A program made the position numbers and the translations under genes. 64,000 bases of DNA from Guillardia theta CCMP2712 (Eukaryota > Protista > Cryptophyta). The notes beneath the pieces are model-generated. The model ran no database searches. It saw only the letters and a list, made by a program, of their open reading frames with translations, and was not told where the DNA came from. Where the stretch lies: the NCBI RefSeq assembly GCF_000315625.1, contig NW_005434666.1, positions 729,877 through 793,876 on the forward strand, read 5' to 3'. Numbering within the stretch: position 1 is the stretch's first letter; each line of letters opens with the position of its first letter. Positions 24,097 to 37,184 of the stretch are shown here, one piece after another.

Positions 24097-27000
24097 ATGA
24101 CGGAGAGCGTGGTGGCGGGATGGCTCGGGGAGCTGGGGCTGGGGAACCTGATCCAGGTCTTCGAGGAGGAGGGCATCGACTCCGAAGCTCTTGCCGCCCT
24201 CAACGAGGCTCAGCTGAAGCAGCTCGGCGTCACGCGCATGGGGGACCGGACCAAGGTGAGAGCCGAGGCCATGATGAGCAAGTGGGACGAGAGCTGTCGG
24301 GCTTGCAGAGGGATTGAGATTGAGATGAAGTACAGGGTGAGATTATGTTGGCAGAGATATCTGGAGAGACAGGAGCAGGAATAGATACGTGAACAGTGGT
24401 GGATGTGGAGTCATAGGCAGATATCGAATACCAAGCAGCGATGAGCAGCGAACACTTCAGGTTTGACATAGAGGGCAAGAGCGACTTGTTACTTGATTGT
24501 CTCACTGCTAATCTTTGCTGGGATCAAGAGTTATAATGTAGTACAGATTGTATAGAGTCACATCAAGAAGAGCATGCATGTTGTTGACATCATTGAAGCC
24601 GACAGCTCACCAGTCCCTGAGCTATACGTAGAGCCTCTTCTGCTCCTTAACGTTCTGCATCGAGAAGGAAAGCAGCTTATTGACTTTATCCTCTAGCTAC
24701 AGGCGAAGGCGCTTGGTCATGTCCTGCCAGCCTCTACAAACCCTCTCTACGTCCAGTCGGCACAACCACAACATGCGCCGTCGAGCAGTCATGATAAGGA
24801 AGTTCCCGAGCATATCCAGATCTTACAGCGACTGTCCAACGCCACTGCGGTACTCACAAACCTCTCGGACATTGCTAACATCTGACGCCTCCCCGATCAG
24901 AAGAGCTCCTCAAGGAAAAGCGCTGTCGAGGACGTAGCTGAAAAAATCAGGGCCACCAACTTCGTTCTGAAAGGTTGGAGTCGCCTGCCCCTTGGAAGCC
25001 GATCCTAGGATGCTCATCCTACCGTGCAGGAGGCTATCTGGAGAAGTACACGAACGGTGGCCGAGGTAAACCGCACAGAAAGTTCTTCAAGATGCTACCG
25101 TACTGCTGTCAGCTTTTTGTGGAACCTACGTTAACATTTTCTGCAGTGAGAAGAAGTTGAGCTACGATGGGAAGACTGTCGGGCCTGTGATGCTTTCAGC
25201 TCATGTTCTTGTGCTAAAGATGATGACACTTACAGGTTCTATCCGTGCTTCCTGGATGTGGCGCTGTGGTCGAAGAGTACCATCACGTCTCCTCGGACGT
25301 TGCTGAACGATCTTTCCGTAAGGCCGGCGATCGTCCTTGACCCCTTCTCACCGCATTCCACTTGTCAGGAGTGGTATGTGAGGGAGGGATAAGTCTTCTG
25401 TTGATCGCTCCGTCAAAGGAGGAGCGAAAGATTTGGATGGAGGTACAGCGGGCAGCTGATCTGAAAATCACTGAAGAAAGGCTGTGCAGGGAATTGACAT
25501 CATGCTCATCGGCGGCTACAAGCGCAGGAGTGCGCAAAACGATGACGTGTCAGAAGTTGCAGCTCGCATTCCTCAAGCGAACATCGGCCTCAAGAGCGAA
25601 ACCAGTCCTGCAAAGCACGCGACGGTGAGATGACTTGTGGAGGGATCATTCGTTTGCATCACGGGCTGATTCGACCTCTAAAGGCTCAGGATGATCATGA
25701 AGTAAAAAGACGCAGCGTAAGTTCTCTTGATCTCTCTCTCGATCTTGTTCTTGACGTTCCTGAAGGCTTCACCTCCCAACCGTTCAAGTGTGGATCCTAT
25801 GCTGCCAATGCGCAAGGCGCGACCATCAAGTGTACATGTCAAGAGCCCACCGATGAAACCCAAGGAGGACGTTCACGTCAGGTCAGACTTGGGAGTGACG
25901 AGAAAGCTCGAGGAACGAAGACAAAACTTCGAGCCTACTCAAGATCGAGAGAAAATGACAAAGGAGTCACCGAAAGGTTTCAATCCGACGACCAGACTGA
26001 GTGCGCAGCAAGATAAGGAGAATGGCTCGCACAGGGGTGAAATCGTTCCGCTGAAGCCCCAGCAAGCACCTGAAATATCAAGCGGACACGAACGACGGCA
26101 GAGCGATGCACGATCATCCACATTGCCGACCGTGCAGGCGGTGGAAGAGCGAAGAGCAGAGGACACAATCCAACAATGGGGGGCTGACGCTGAAGGATCC
26201 TCGCATGACATTGCGCTGCGTGACGACATGGACAAGGCTCGCGAAGTATCCGCAGTGACTACTGAAAGGCCTGCGAGCCTGAGAGTCGGCAATGAGGACA
26301 CAAGGTCGGGAGTGCTTCGAAAGAAGGAATCGTTTGAGCTCAGGGCCGAGGTGAAGTCAGAGATCCTGACAAACGACAAGGAAGAAGAAACGATGAGCAA
26401 GATGGAGGAGAAGCCCGACCTTCCAAGTCAAGACTCAGAGAATGCCACCAAACCAGACGTCCCGCCATCAGTTTCGTCACAGGTGCCGCGAGCTGTTTGA
26501 AGAATTGCCTAGTTTGATTCTGTCTTTGCAGAGGAGATCAGTTCTCGACATGGTTGGGCAGATCAATCAAATGGCAAATAGCGCTGACGCTGCGAACATG
26601 ATTCGGTAATGTTTCTCGGCACCAGCTTGGTCATGAGCTAACTTGTATTGGAGGTGGAAGCATGTAGATAGCGTTCTCAAGACACAAGGAAACCAGATCA
26701 AGAAGACGCGAGCAGAACCTGAATTCGGAGTAGCCCTGATCGATGCTTCTCTACAAGCCGGCCGATTTGGTGCTTCCGCTAGCCTAGTTCTGCGCACGAC
26801 TGAGTGCGTGCATGACAGAGTGGGAGGTCGAGTTTGCCAAAACGAATAGCATCCACTGGTGTGGAGTCGGAGTTGCTCTTCCTGATGTCAAGACTGGCAG
26901 GAGTCTCCGACGAGAAGAAGCAAGAGGAAGCGCCTGGTGATGCTGCTGTGTCCCTGCTGGTCACGGTGACGACAGCCGCAGGTTCTATCATTCCAAGGGA

Positions 27001-27321
27001 TTCTTGTGCGATGGAGACGTGTTGGTGGGAGATTGGGAGAAGCTTCCTCCCTTCGGCGCTGGCGACAAGTCAATCTCTTCTCTTCCTCCTCAACCTCTCA
27101 CGCGCTGCTGCAGGATAACCATCCGTTTGGATGCGGACGCGGGAACTCTTGAGTTCTCTTGTAACGGCAAGTGGATCTCCGAGAGACTGGAAGGCGTCAA
27201 GAAGAACGTGAGGCGAGGGCGATGATGGCGGGAGCATGACCCCCTTGCGCAGGTTGTTCCGGTGGTGTACACAGATGGGACAGCGTCTCTCACGCTTGCA
27301 AAACCTCCAACTCAACTTTGA
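24097..27321 (+). CDS. SAM + PH + SPRY-like multidomain protein
   Basis: SAM: VAGWLGELGLGNLIQVFEEEGIDSEALAALNEAQLKQLGV..MGDRTK. PH-like: GGYLEKYTNGGRGKPHRKFF...LLIAPSKEERKIWME. SPRY-like end: ITIRLDADAGTLEFSCNGK...VPVVY. Confidence 0.75.
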
Positions 27322-27441
27322 TATGAATAGGAAACAATCAATAGAAACAATCGACTCAGAAACTTGGAATACTTATCAGCTTCTAGCTCGTTATTGTTCT
27401 GCTTCTACCTTGGCTTGTTTCCCACCCGCATCTCGAAGCTC

Positions 27442-28330
27442 TCAAACGTCACTGTCTTGGTTGAGGATCTTTCCAACATCGCTCAATTCTTTAAGTGCCT
27501 GAGCGATCGAATGATTTTGGCTTTGGAGCGTTTCGATGCAAGGATTCTGTTGGAAATCCATGAAGATCAGCAGTCCTCCTCCTCTTCCTGAAGTTGAGCT
27601 CACCAGCCTTTTGCTTGTCGCGTCAAGCTTCAGCTTTCCGTGTTCGCACACTTGCTCCACCTGGTGTCTGATCCTCTCGTGCACGAAGCTTCGATCGACT
27701 TCTAGCAGCTCAGATGCCACCCTGAGGATCAGTCATCGACATCCGGCACTCCCCGCACCTCACCGGCTGCTGAAGAATTCAGTTTCCACCCTCTTCATTC
27801 GATCGTCGATCTGATCCAGCGACTCTCTAAGAGCGCTCTTCTTGACGACCGGCTTCCCCTGGAAACAACCGACACGTCAAAGGCCTCACGCGCAAGGTAC
27901 TGAGCGAACCGCGTCAGCCATGGAGGCTTTGGGCTGATCGAAAGTTTGTCTGGTATCGAAGAAAGAGGATGGCATCCTGAAGGACTCCAGCGAGCGGCGC
28001 TGAATTTCATCCACAGCATGTCTAGCACTGTGAAGCACATGATTAAGAGAAGCATCAGCTGAGGCGAGCATGTACTATTCTCTCTTGGGGCTGGGAGGGA
28101 GGAAGTTGGACATGCCGATCGCTCCCTCCTGACGGCGCTCACGTGTTCACTGATGGAGTGTCGTTAGCCCCGTCATGGCACCTGCTGTAGCCGCTCAGTC
28201 ACAAGTCACCCGCTCCTCCCCCTCGGCCCCACACATGAGCACCTTCTCGCTTCTTGAATAGAGCACGTGGGATTGAGTCGCGAGTCTGCAGCTACTCCAG
28301 TGAGGCTTAGCAGGCAAGTCGTGACACACG
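27442..28330 (-). CDS. Hypothetical coiled-coil protein (3' exons; 5' end not resolved)
   Basis: Spliceable exons MLASADASLNHVLHSARHAVDEIQRR, ALRESLDQIDDRMKRVE, VASELLEVDRSFVHERIRHQVE, ending NQDSDV*. Confidence 0.45.
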
Positions 28331-28459
28331 TCAGAGGGATGTTGACAAGGGAGCAAATGGCTGGGTGTTCGTCGCACAAGAAGGTTGAAGGATGGAATTG
28401 TGTTGGTGGAGTTGAAAGCTGGAGGGGCTGCGGGAGAGAAGGAGAGCGAGCGAGAGCGA

Positions 28460-29445
28460 CAGCAGCAGGAGCAGCAGGTACACCCGAGCAAGTGCAATGG
28501 TGGCAGGAAGAGCAGGAGGAGCATGCACGAGAAGCAGAGGCAGGAGGAGCTGGTGGATTAGGAGCAGCAGAAGCAGGAGCAGGAGCAGCAGGTGTACGAG
28601 CAGGAGCAGCAGGAGAACGAGGTGCAGGACTCCGCCGGGGACTGGAGGAGATGCCGCAGCAGCAGGAGTAGGAGCAGGAGTAGGCAGAGCAGCAGGAGAT
28701 GCAGGAGGAGTCGGAGGAGCAGGAGTAGGCGGAGTAGGCGGAGGCGGAGGAGTAGGAGTAGGCGGAGGAGTAGGAGGAGCAGGAGTAGGCGGAGTAGGCG
28801 GAGGAGCAGGAGTAGGCGGAGGAGCAGGAGTAGGCGGAGGAGTAGGCGGAGGAGTAGGCGGAGGAGCCTTCAGTAGGCGGAGGAGCAGGAGTAGGCGGAG
28901 GAGTAGGAGTAGGAGGAGCAGGAGTAGAAGTAGGGGAGGAGTAGAAGGACTCGGGAGCAGGAGTAGAACGGTAGGCGGAGAAGTAGGAGGAGTAGGAGTA
29001 GGAGTAGGCGGAGCAGGGGTAGGAGGATGAGGAGGATACGGTAGGAGTAGGCGGCAAGGAGCAGGAGGAGCAGGAGGTAATGGTAGGAGTAGGCGGCAAG
29101 GAGCAGGAGGAGACGGTAGAAGTAGACGGAGGAGTAGGCGGAGCAGGAGGAGCAGGATCAGGAGGCCCAAGGAGGAGTGGCGGAGGAACAGGCGGAGCAG
29201 GCGGATACGGTAGGCGTAGGGGGAGGAGCAGGAGGAGCAGGAGGAGCAGGAGGAGCAGGAGCAGGAGGATACGGTAGGCGTAGGGGGAGGAGCAGGAGGA
29301 TACGGTAGGCGTAGGGGGAGGAGCAGGAGGAGCAGGAGGAGCAGGAGGATACGGTAGGCGTAGGGGGAGGAGCAGGAGGAGCAGGAGGAGCAGGAGGAGC
29401 AGGAGGATACGGTAGGCGTAGGGGGAGGAGCAGGAGGAGCAGGAG
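28460..29445. repeat. Purine-rich minisatellite (AGGAGC / AGGAGTAGGCGG units, plus four longer units containing GGATACGGTAGGCGTAGGGGGAGGAGCAGGAGG)
   Basis: About 1 kb of visible degenerate tandem repeat. Confidence 0.9.
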
Positions 29446-30557
29446 GGTGCGACTGGGAGGAACAAGTTTCACTCCTCCCTTGTCCTCCCTGGGGCAACGC
29501 ATGGGGGCAACGGCCCTCCACAGGTGCTGTACTACTGGAATATATAATATTACTTAATTTTTCTAAAAAAGAATTTATACGTCCTCCTATGCCAATGATT
29601 TATTTTATATAACTAATTATGGATACAGATAATTGTATTGATATTAATGAATTTATATTTTATATGTTTCTGTCAGTACAACTTCTGGTACAAGAACGTA
29701 TATCTCTTGACTCTAATAATTAATTATAGAACGCACTTATTAGTTTTGGGCTTGACCCGGTACACATTTGGAGCGCTATGAACTATTTCACAGTGACCCT
29801 GCATCCTAGATTTCAAATAATCCAAAAGAATTTGAAATTTCCTGAGATTTTGGAGCTGTGCAAGTCGAGGTGGCAAGGGGCAAGGGGAGGAAATGCACAT
29901 GGGAATGAGGATGGCGAGCAGGAGGAGAGGTGATGAGCAAGGAACGAGGAGGTGAAGACAAGGGCAGACAAGAGCAGCAAGCATAGGAAATCGAGAAGAG
30001 AAGAGATTATTCCGAGGTCCAGCTGGAAATAAAGCAAAGGTAGTGTGAAGCTGATACGGTCAAGCTCTGGCAGCCCTGTCAGGACCATGCTTGAGGAATC
30101 TTTTCAGAATCGCAAGAAGAATGAGATGTCTTTAAGTAGGCATAAATGCCTTGATGTCCATACCAGCACCCTTGCAGGAATTGAACACGCCGGGCAGCCT
30201 GACCAGAACCGTATTGATGTCAATAGATGCGCATTGTGTTTACTGTACTGTTGCTGGCTTAACCTTGCTATCGCGTTAAGGGAGATAACCCGCGACAAAT
30301 CTTCTAACTGCATACATCTAAAATAGCTTGCGATGACACTGTGCAATTTGCTTGCTTGTGAATTGCCATAATGCTGTTGAGGATTTTTGTACGGCGGTTA
30401 GAAACTTCAAGTGATTGAATCTGGTTTGCAGAGACTGTACTCACCCTGCTGGAATGGCAAAGCAAAGATACCGTACAGATGGAAGGTGGGGGTGATCCGG
30501 TGGCGGATGGTGAGGTCTCACTGCACCTTCAGTGGACACTACACGACGGCAGGGGCG

Positions 30558-31312
30558 ATGGCTAGCAGCAAAGAAGAATTCTCGGGAAATTTCTACATGA
30601 AGTTCCTGGCTTTCGTTGCATTGGCTTTGTGCGTGGTGGGGATGGCGTTCGTGGTGATGAATCACTGGCTTGCGGTGAGATTTGACCCCGAAGATGTAAC
30701 AAGCTCACTCCTGTGCAGACATTGCCCTCCAAGGAGCCTCCACCGATGATGCCCGGACAGCCCATGCAATCCAAGGCTCGCATGCCTGGAGACTTTCCAA
30801 CCAATTTCATGTTAGGAGGAGCTGGGAACACTGTCTTCAAAGGGTTGACACGTGTTCATCACTACCATGTCAACAAGTGAAAACTTAAGTTCAAAGCTCT
30901 CCTGCTTGAACGATCCAGCTGCTAGCTTGACAGTGGGGCACAGACGTTATCTTCTTCATGTGAACTTTACTCTTAAGTGTCATTCGCTATCGCGAAGTTG
31001 TAGACTATGGAATTCCTCCCATACGAAGGCATGATTACTGCTTATTCGGATCCTATTGCTAATTCGTATCATTATTGCTTTACAATAAATCGAGAAAATT
31101 CTGACGAGAAAATCATGAAAATTGTTTGCATGCAGATCAATTTAAGTTTGCAACAGATTTGAAAGAAAGTCGTAGAAAGGTACGTTCTGAGCATCGTCTG
31201 AATTCCAGAAAAGTAAGAGGTTTTAAACTAGGGTGGCGAGATGTCAAGGAAAGCAAGAGTACCGCACTGGATGAAGCAAGCAAGGCCAACACAACTCAAC
31301 AAGAACAGATAG
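30558..31312 (+). CDS. Small hypothetical membrane-anchored protein
   Basis: MASSKEEFSGNFYMKFLAFVALALCVVGMAFV spliced to TLPSKEPPPMMPGQPM...; 3' exons uncertain. Confidence 0.4.
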
Positions 31313-31333
31313 ACATAGCTTTGAAAATCAGAA

Positions 31334-31846
31334 TCATTCAGGAACAAGGGAGCAAGCGAAGCCTGCGCTCTCAAGCATCTGCCGTGCTCTTCTTGCATTC
31401 ACTTCCGGGAGCGTTGCTAAAGTTCCTTTGCCGTAGTGATGAGTTTGGTATGCTATCCACCTCACCCTTGCTTTTCGCACAAATCCAGGAAATGGACCAA
31501 CATGCTCTTGTTTCAAAATTTCTTCAATCACGTCCATAGCATATTCCATGGTGTGTTGATCATCATCGTGCAAGAGCACTCTCCAGAACTGACCATTGAA
31601 GCCCTGATCCCTCTGCCAATGCAAATGTTCTAGTGCCCTGTCCCATTCCATAGAATTGTGAATTTTCTGAGGCACAGGATTAGCACATTTCGAGGAGGGC
31701 GAGCGTGTAGGAACGAGACTTGCCAGATACTGACCCTCGATGGTGATGCCAGGAGCAAACCCTAACTGGTTGAATTCTGATGATGAATCCATGAGAGTTT
31801 TTAGGTACGCAAATATACAGTAGAAGAGGAGGCTAGAGCGTTTCAT
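31334..31846 (-). CDS. clpS: ClpS-family N-degron adaptor, probably plastid targeted, single exon
   Basis: WRVLLHDDDQHTMEYAMDVI...AYQTHHYGKG...ARQMLESAGFACSLVPE* matches the ClpS core. N-terminal hydrophobic leader with LGFAPG. Confidence 0.8.
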   Translation of the reverse strand: MKRSSLLFYCIFAYLKTLMDSSSEFNQLGFAPGITIEGQYLASLVPTRSPSSKCANPVPQKIHNSMEWDRALEHLHWQRDQGFNGQFWRVLLHDDDQHTMEYAMDVIEEILKQEHVGPFPGFVRKARVRWIAYQTHHYGKGTLATLPEVNARRARQMLESAGFACSLVPE

Positions 31847-33789
31847 CCTGATCAGTTGTTGGGATGCACAATCAACTATCTCATGGTTCAAAAAATGTTG
31901 CTATGAGCTGACAGTTTTGTATCTTCGAAGTCAAGTGCACAACCCAAAATCTCATGCAAGCCACGTTTCTGATTCTGATCTGTACCCACAAAGTGAGATA
32001 CCACGCTGGATTTGAGTATGCCTGTGTGTATCTGCCCGTGATGCCTCTCTCAAACTGTTTTGATCTTGACTGCTTCTGCCTGTCTGTGAGGGTCTTTCTT
32101 CGAGCGTGTTGGCTTTTTTGGGCTGCTCTTTTGCCGCTATCTGAACATTCGGTCACTCTCGAAGCAAGTTCAATATCTTGATCGCTATATTTTATCCGTG
32201 ACACTCTCCACTTTACCGGCACTCTACTAGCCCCGCTATTTTCCCTCCATTTGGTGGCATCGCACCATCCTACTTTCACCAATCCCCCGTCACTAACTTT
32301 GTGCGTCACGATGACACGTTGGAACACACCAAGAAAATTTCTGCTTCTGCTCAATCCATCTCTGCACTCAGATTCTTACTTTCATCCTCGTCGCAATTGC
32401 CTCCCAGCCCCTACCAACCCCCCCAATTTTCCATCGAATGCCCCCATCCCTGACAAACACTAATCCTGTTCGATTCAACCAAAGTTGCCTTGTCCTCGCT
32501 TCCTTCTGACCCTTGTTTACATCCACCTTCCTATCTTTGATGAGGCACTCGTCACTCATACACTCTATGCAACATCTGAGTTGTGCTTTCTTGTGCATTC
32601 TTCCTTCTTTCTCCCTGCTCGCCTTCACTTTACGCGCCTTCGTTGCATGCTCCTCACCTTCCGCCTCCTGCCCCTTGACTACCCCACCCCTCATATCTCA
32701 ACTCCGATCGCATTGTTAACATCACCCCTGTTCATGATTACCCTCACTTGTATCTCTGTACCCATACAAATATCGACGAAAGTACCCCTATTTGGTGGTC
32801 ATTTGAATACCCTCACCCCCTGTACCTCACTCTAGACTTCCTCCTCATCCGACCTTGGTTGCATGGACCACTTTCTACCCCACCCCTCCATTTTCCTGTA
32901 CCCCACCCTATCATTCGCTACAAACGTATTTCACCCTACCCCACTTTCGAAGGACCATTGTTCCTATACCGTACCTTGGAAATCTAGCCTCGGTATCGAC
33001 ATTCTATGGGCTCTAGAGGATCAATTCATCAAGTTTTATCTTAGTAAATTTCACAGTATAGGATACCCCATGCATTCCTCATCTCAAACTTTGACCTGGT
33101 ACCCTACAAATTTCATATCACCCACCACAATTCCATCCCGAACCCGTACATCGGTCACATTTACTTCGATCACCCCTACTTTCATCTGCAATCACCCCCA
33201 CCATTTCTGGGTGTACAGATTCATATCCACACCCATCTCAACCCCAAACAGTGACACACCCACCTCTTTTCATTAGTACCCCATATATTCATTATCATTA
33301 TCCCCCTTTGTCATACTACCGGTCATTGATTTCTTGCTACCTACCCCGACATTGGCTACTATAACGCCCCTTGCTGCCACAAAAACGTTTTAAGTATAAA
33401 TGTTTATGATTTTTTGAAGCTCAAGGGATGCGAGATTGATCGAGATCACAACGTATCGACATAAAAAGTTTTTAGATTTAAGAACACACCCATCGAGCAG
33501 CATGAAGGGGGTGGATGAAGGTGAGGGGATGAGGGCAGGGATGAGGGTATGAGGGCAGTATGAGGGGCCACACGGGGATGCATGATGGGGATGAGGGCTA
33601 CATGCGGATGCGTGGGGATGAGGGCTGCACACAGGCTGCATGGTGGGGATGAGGGCTATATGGGGATGAGGGGGGATAAAAGTGTCAGGGCGGATGGCGA
33701 CGACATGGCAAGGAGATCGGGCTCGGCTGCGAAGGTGATGGAGGATGAGCTGGAGGGAGAGGGGGGGGGAGGGGAGGAGGAGGAAGATA

Positions 33790-36700
33790 ATGAATGAGAA
33801 GAACAAGGGGAATGATGATGAGAGAGGAGAAGGCAGAGGATTGGAGGCTGAGAAGATCAGGTGACGAACTCGAGAGGTGGGTAGAGAGAAAGAGTGACTG
33901 ATCCTCAAGTCAGAGAGAGGGTTTAGTGTTCCATGATTTTCAGGAGAAGATCAGAAGGAAATAGTAGAATCTTCATGAACTATAAGTTTCTTTCGTTTCT
34001 CAACACAACCTCGCTCCAGATGGATGGTAAAGGTGGGAGACAGCGTGCATGAAGGGAAGGTAAGGCGAGTGGAGTGCAATGATAGCTTGCTCATCCATCA
34101 TCGTGTGGGTCTCGTTCCTCAAGGCCATTGCTCGGATAGAAAGTCTCTCCAAGTCAGGGCATGAGGAGCTCCGAGCGTCTCGTGCCGGGCTGGTGACGTC
34201 GGATTGAGATATGTGTCTCCATGCTGAGAAATGTGTGGTAGGTTCGTAGGCTGCTGGTGGAGGAGGGCGATGAGCTGAGCGAGGGGCAACAAGTCTGCGT
34301 CATCCAACAATGCCCGCATGATGACACCTTCCAAGGTCCTCTCTTCCTCCTCCTGTCACGTGGAAACTGACGAGTGCACGCAGGGATCTGCACCCTCTGT
34401 GGAGCAGATGTAGAAGAATCGGGAGGCCATGCTACTGCTGCTGCTCCGGCTCAGCTGGACAGAGAGACGCATGTCGCATCTTCAAGACTAGACAAGCCGC
34501 AAAGCTTCGGCATGTTCGGGGTGTGGTGCATCCGGCCCTGCGCTCTTCTCCTGCAAGCATCAAGCGGCAGCAGATGCAACGGGTGGAAGAACTGCTGCGA
34601 TCCAGGAAGCTGGTCAGGGAGGGAGGGAGGGTGGGTGGGTGGGAGAGGATCTTGGTCGTCACTAATGTTCAGGCTCTGGTGCTCGACCTCGACCACACCT
34701 TGCTTCACACGACCCTGCCAAGAACAGAAATGGAGGAGATGGTCAGGAGAGAGCCTGCCAATGAGGCTGATCCTGATGCTTGTTGCAATTCAGATCATGC
34801 AAACGCTCCATGAACAGTGCAAGGACGTTCACGTCCTCCAAGTCTCGGCTGCGAGATATTACACCAAATTGCGCCCTGGGGTGAGGCAGCGCCTGTGCTT
34901 GCCTGACTGACGTTCTCCTTCTCTTGCCAATGTTTCATGTGAAGATCCGCAACTTCCTGTCCGAGATGTCTAGACTCTTTGAGCTGTACATATACACAGC
35001 AGGCATGGGGTCCCAGCAAGTGAGATCAGACATGTAATCTCATCCCAGGTGATCGCAAGTACGCGGAAGCTGTCGCGCACATGCTGGACGAGAGCGGCCG
35101 CATGTTCCGGGGGCGAATCATATCTCGAGACGACTACACGGATGTCTCTCTGGAGCACAAGAAGCTTGACAAGGTGCGAACCCTCGATGGTGACGAGGAG
35201 GAAGTTGAGGTGGGGCAGGTTTTCCCCATCGACGAGCATCGAGCGCTTGTCATCATCCTCGACGACAACGCGGAGACTTGGGACCATCAGTACAGCGACG
35301 GGCGAAACTCGCAAGAGAATCTCATCCAAGTGGACAAGTATCCACGAGCTGGACTCGTGCTGAGCCTCAGCTGACGTGATCTACTCTGTCTAGGTACTCG
35401 TTCTGGCCGCGGGACCTCGGAGAAGGGCACAACCCTGTGGCAGCGAGGGAGTGGCAGGGGGCAGAGTCAAGCAGCTTTTCGTGGAGCCTGAATGAGGCTC
35501 AGAAGCAGGAGGAAGCGCGGGAGCAGAGTGATGGTTCTGCTGCAAGCGAAGGAATGAAGGAGGTGGAGAAGGCCCCAGGTCAAGATCAAGCTTGTCAGGG
35601 TGCGGAGGAGAGAGGAGTCGCTCCGGAAGACGCAAGTGAAGATGCAAAGGAGACTAAAAGAGGAATGGAGCAAAAAGGAGGCAAGGGCGACGAGGAGGTC
35701 AAAGAGGCCAAGGAAAGAGCAAAGGACGAAGATGAAGCAAAGAAGGACGAGGGTGAAGGAGATGAAGTAGCGAAAGAGAACGACGGGGAACAAGAGCTGA
35801 AGCAAGGTCAAGAAGTTCCTGAGGGGACATTGATCGAGGACGAGCCAGTCACAGACAGCAAGCTGAAAGCTCTTCTCGCCGAGCTGCTGGCTCAGGACCG
35901 ACTGGACGATTACATCCCCCGCCTTGCTCAGATTCTCTCGCAGCTTCACGCTTCGTTTTTCAAGCGACTCCTCCCCTCCTCAAAACCTCTCCAGCCTTCC
36001 CGCAAGCCGCCGGCCAGACCCTCCCAAGACATTCGTGAGCTCCTCCGGTCAGCTCAGTCGCGCGTTCTGTCTGGGCTGAAGATCGCTTTCTCGGGCGTCA
36101 TCCCGCACTCCTTCCCCCTCCTCTCTTCACGTGAAGGACGACTAGCCTCGCTGCTCGGAGCTCAGTGCTGGTACCTGCAGCTTCCTCCTCCGTCATGCTC
36201 GTGACCCACTTGGCAGCGAGGAGATCGCGGGAATCACACACCTCGTGGTTGTGATCCGGTAGGTGGAAGGAGGCCGTGGAGGCGAGGGAGCAGAAGCAGA
36301 AGCTGGAGGAGGAGGAGGAGGAGGAGGAGGAGGAGGAGGAGCGATCCAGTTGAGGTTGACGCTGTTTCCACCAGGACGGGACTTACAGAGAAAGTGATCG
36401 AGAGCATCAGACAAGGGGATGTTGAGATAGTCAGCCCCGAATGGTTGTACGCGTGTGCCAGCAGGTCTTGCATCCCTCCCTCCTCTCCCTCCCTACCCTC
36501 TGTTGAACTCCATGTACCCTGGTTTCCCTCTTCCTTCGCCCTCCTGCTTGCAACTGTCTCAGTCTCCTCATTCAGATGGGAGAAGGTCAGCGAGGACAAG
36601 TTTCGTCCTCCTCGATGGCAGGTCGCTTCTCCTCTCGTGCCCTTCCTCTGCTCCTCCTGACGGTCAACAGGAGTATCTCGACAAGGCAGCCTCCAAGATC

Positions 36701-37030
36701 TCCTCTGCTGCCCCAGACGCAGATCAGGAGCTCTCAGGTCACAGTAGGAAGAAGCGAAGGGTCGGGGGGGGCTCTGAGGCCTTGGGGAGGAAGGAAGAGG
36801 ATGAGAGTCTGCGAGACAAGGAGGAGGCGAAGGGGAACGTCAAGGAACTGCTCGGAGAGCTCTCGGAGCTGATGGAGGGAGCAGATTCGATCCTGCAGAC
36901 CTCCAGCAGCGCTGCTGCTCGCTCTTCCTCCCTCCAGGAAGCTGAGGCTGACAACGGAAAGTCAGAGGGATCAAGTGATGACCTCGTGGACCAGCTGGAA
37001 GACGAGCTGGACGAGCTGGACGAGCAGGAC

Positions 37031-37113
<83 letters not shown>

Positions 37114-37156
37114 TGGGGGCGAGGACGAGGGTGATGACGATCTGGACAACTACTGA
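33790..37156 (+). CDS. FCP1: RNA polymerase II CTD phosphatase FCP1/CTDP1
   Basis: LVLDLDHTLLHT (DxDxT), YYTKLRPG, FELYIYTAG-DRKYA, FRGRIISRDD, IILDD..W, BRCT (VLSGLKIAFSGVIP, ITHLVV, IVSPEWLYACA), acidic tail. Start approximate. Confidence 0.92.
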
Positions 37157-37184
37157 CTTGTGTACATATGCTGTAAACTACTCT

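Noticed and set aside
28206-29521. Extensin-like or Ser/Tyr-rich ORFs of about 400 aa
   Set aside because: Several frames are open simply because the minisatellite lacks stop codons; there is no signal peptide or unique domain.
31881-33276. ORFs of 100-157 aa upstream of clpS
   Set aside because: No recognisable domain, and much of the region is the C-rich promoter-like tract.
12727-37156. Functional cluster of CTD kinase (CDKC) and CTD phosphatase (FCP1)
   Set aside because: They are about 18 kb apart with unrelated genes between them; no evidence beyond coincidence.
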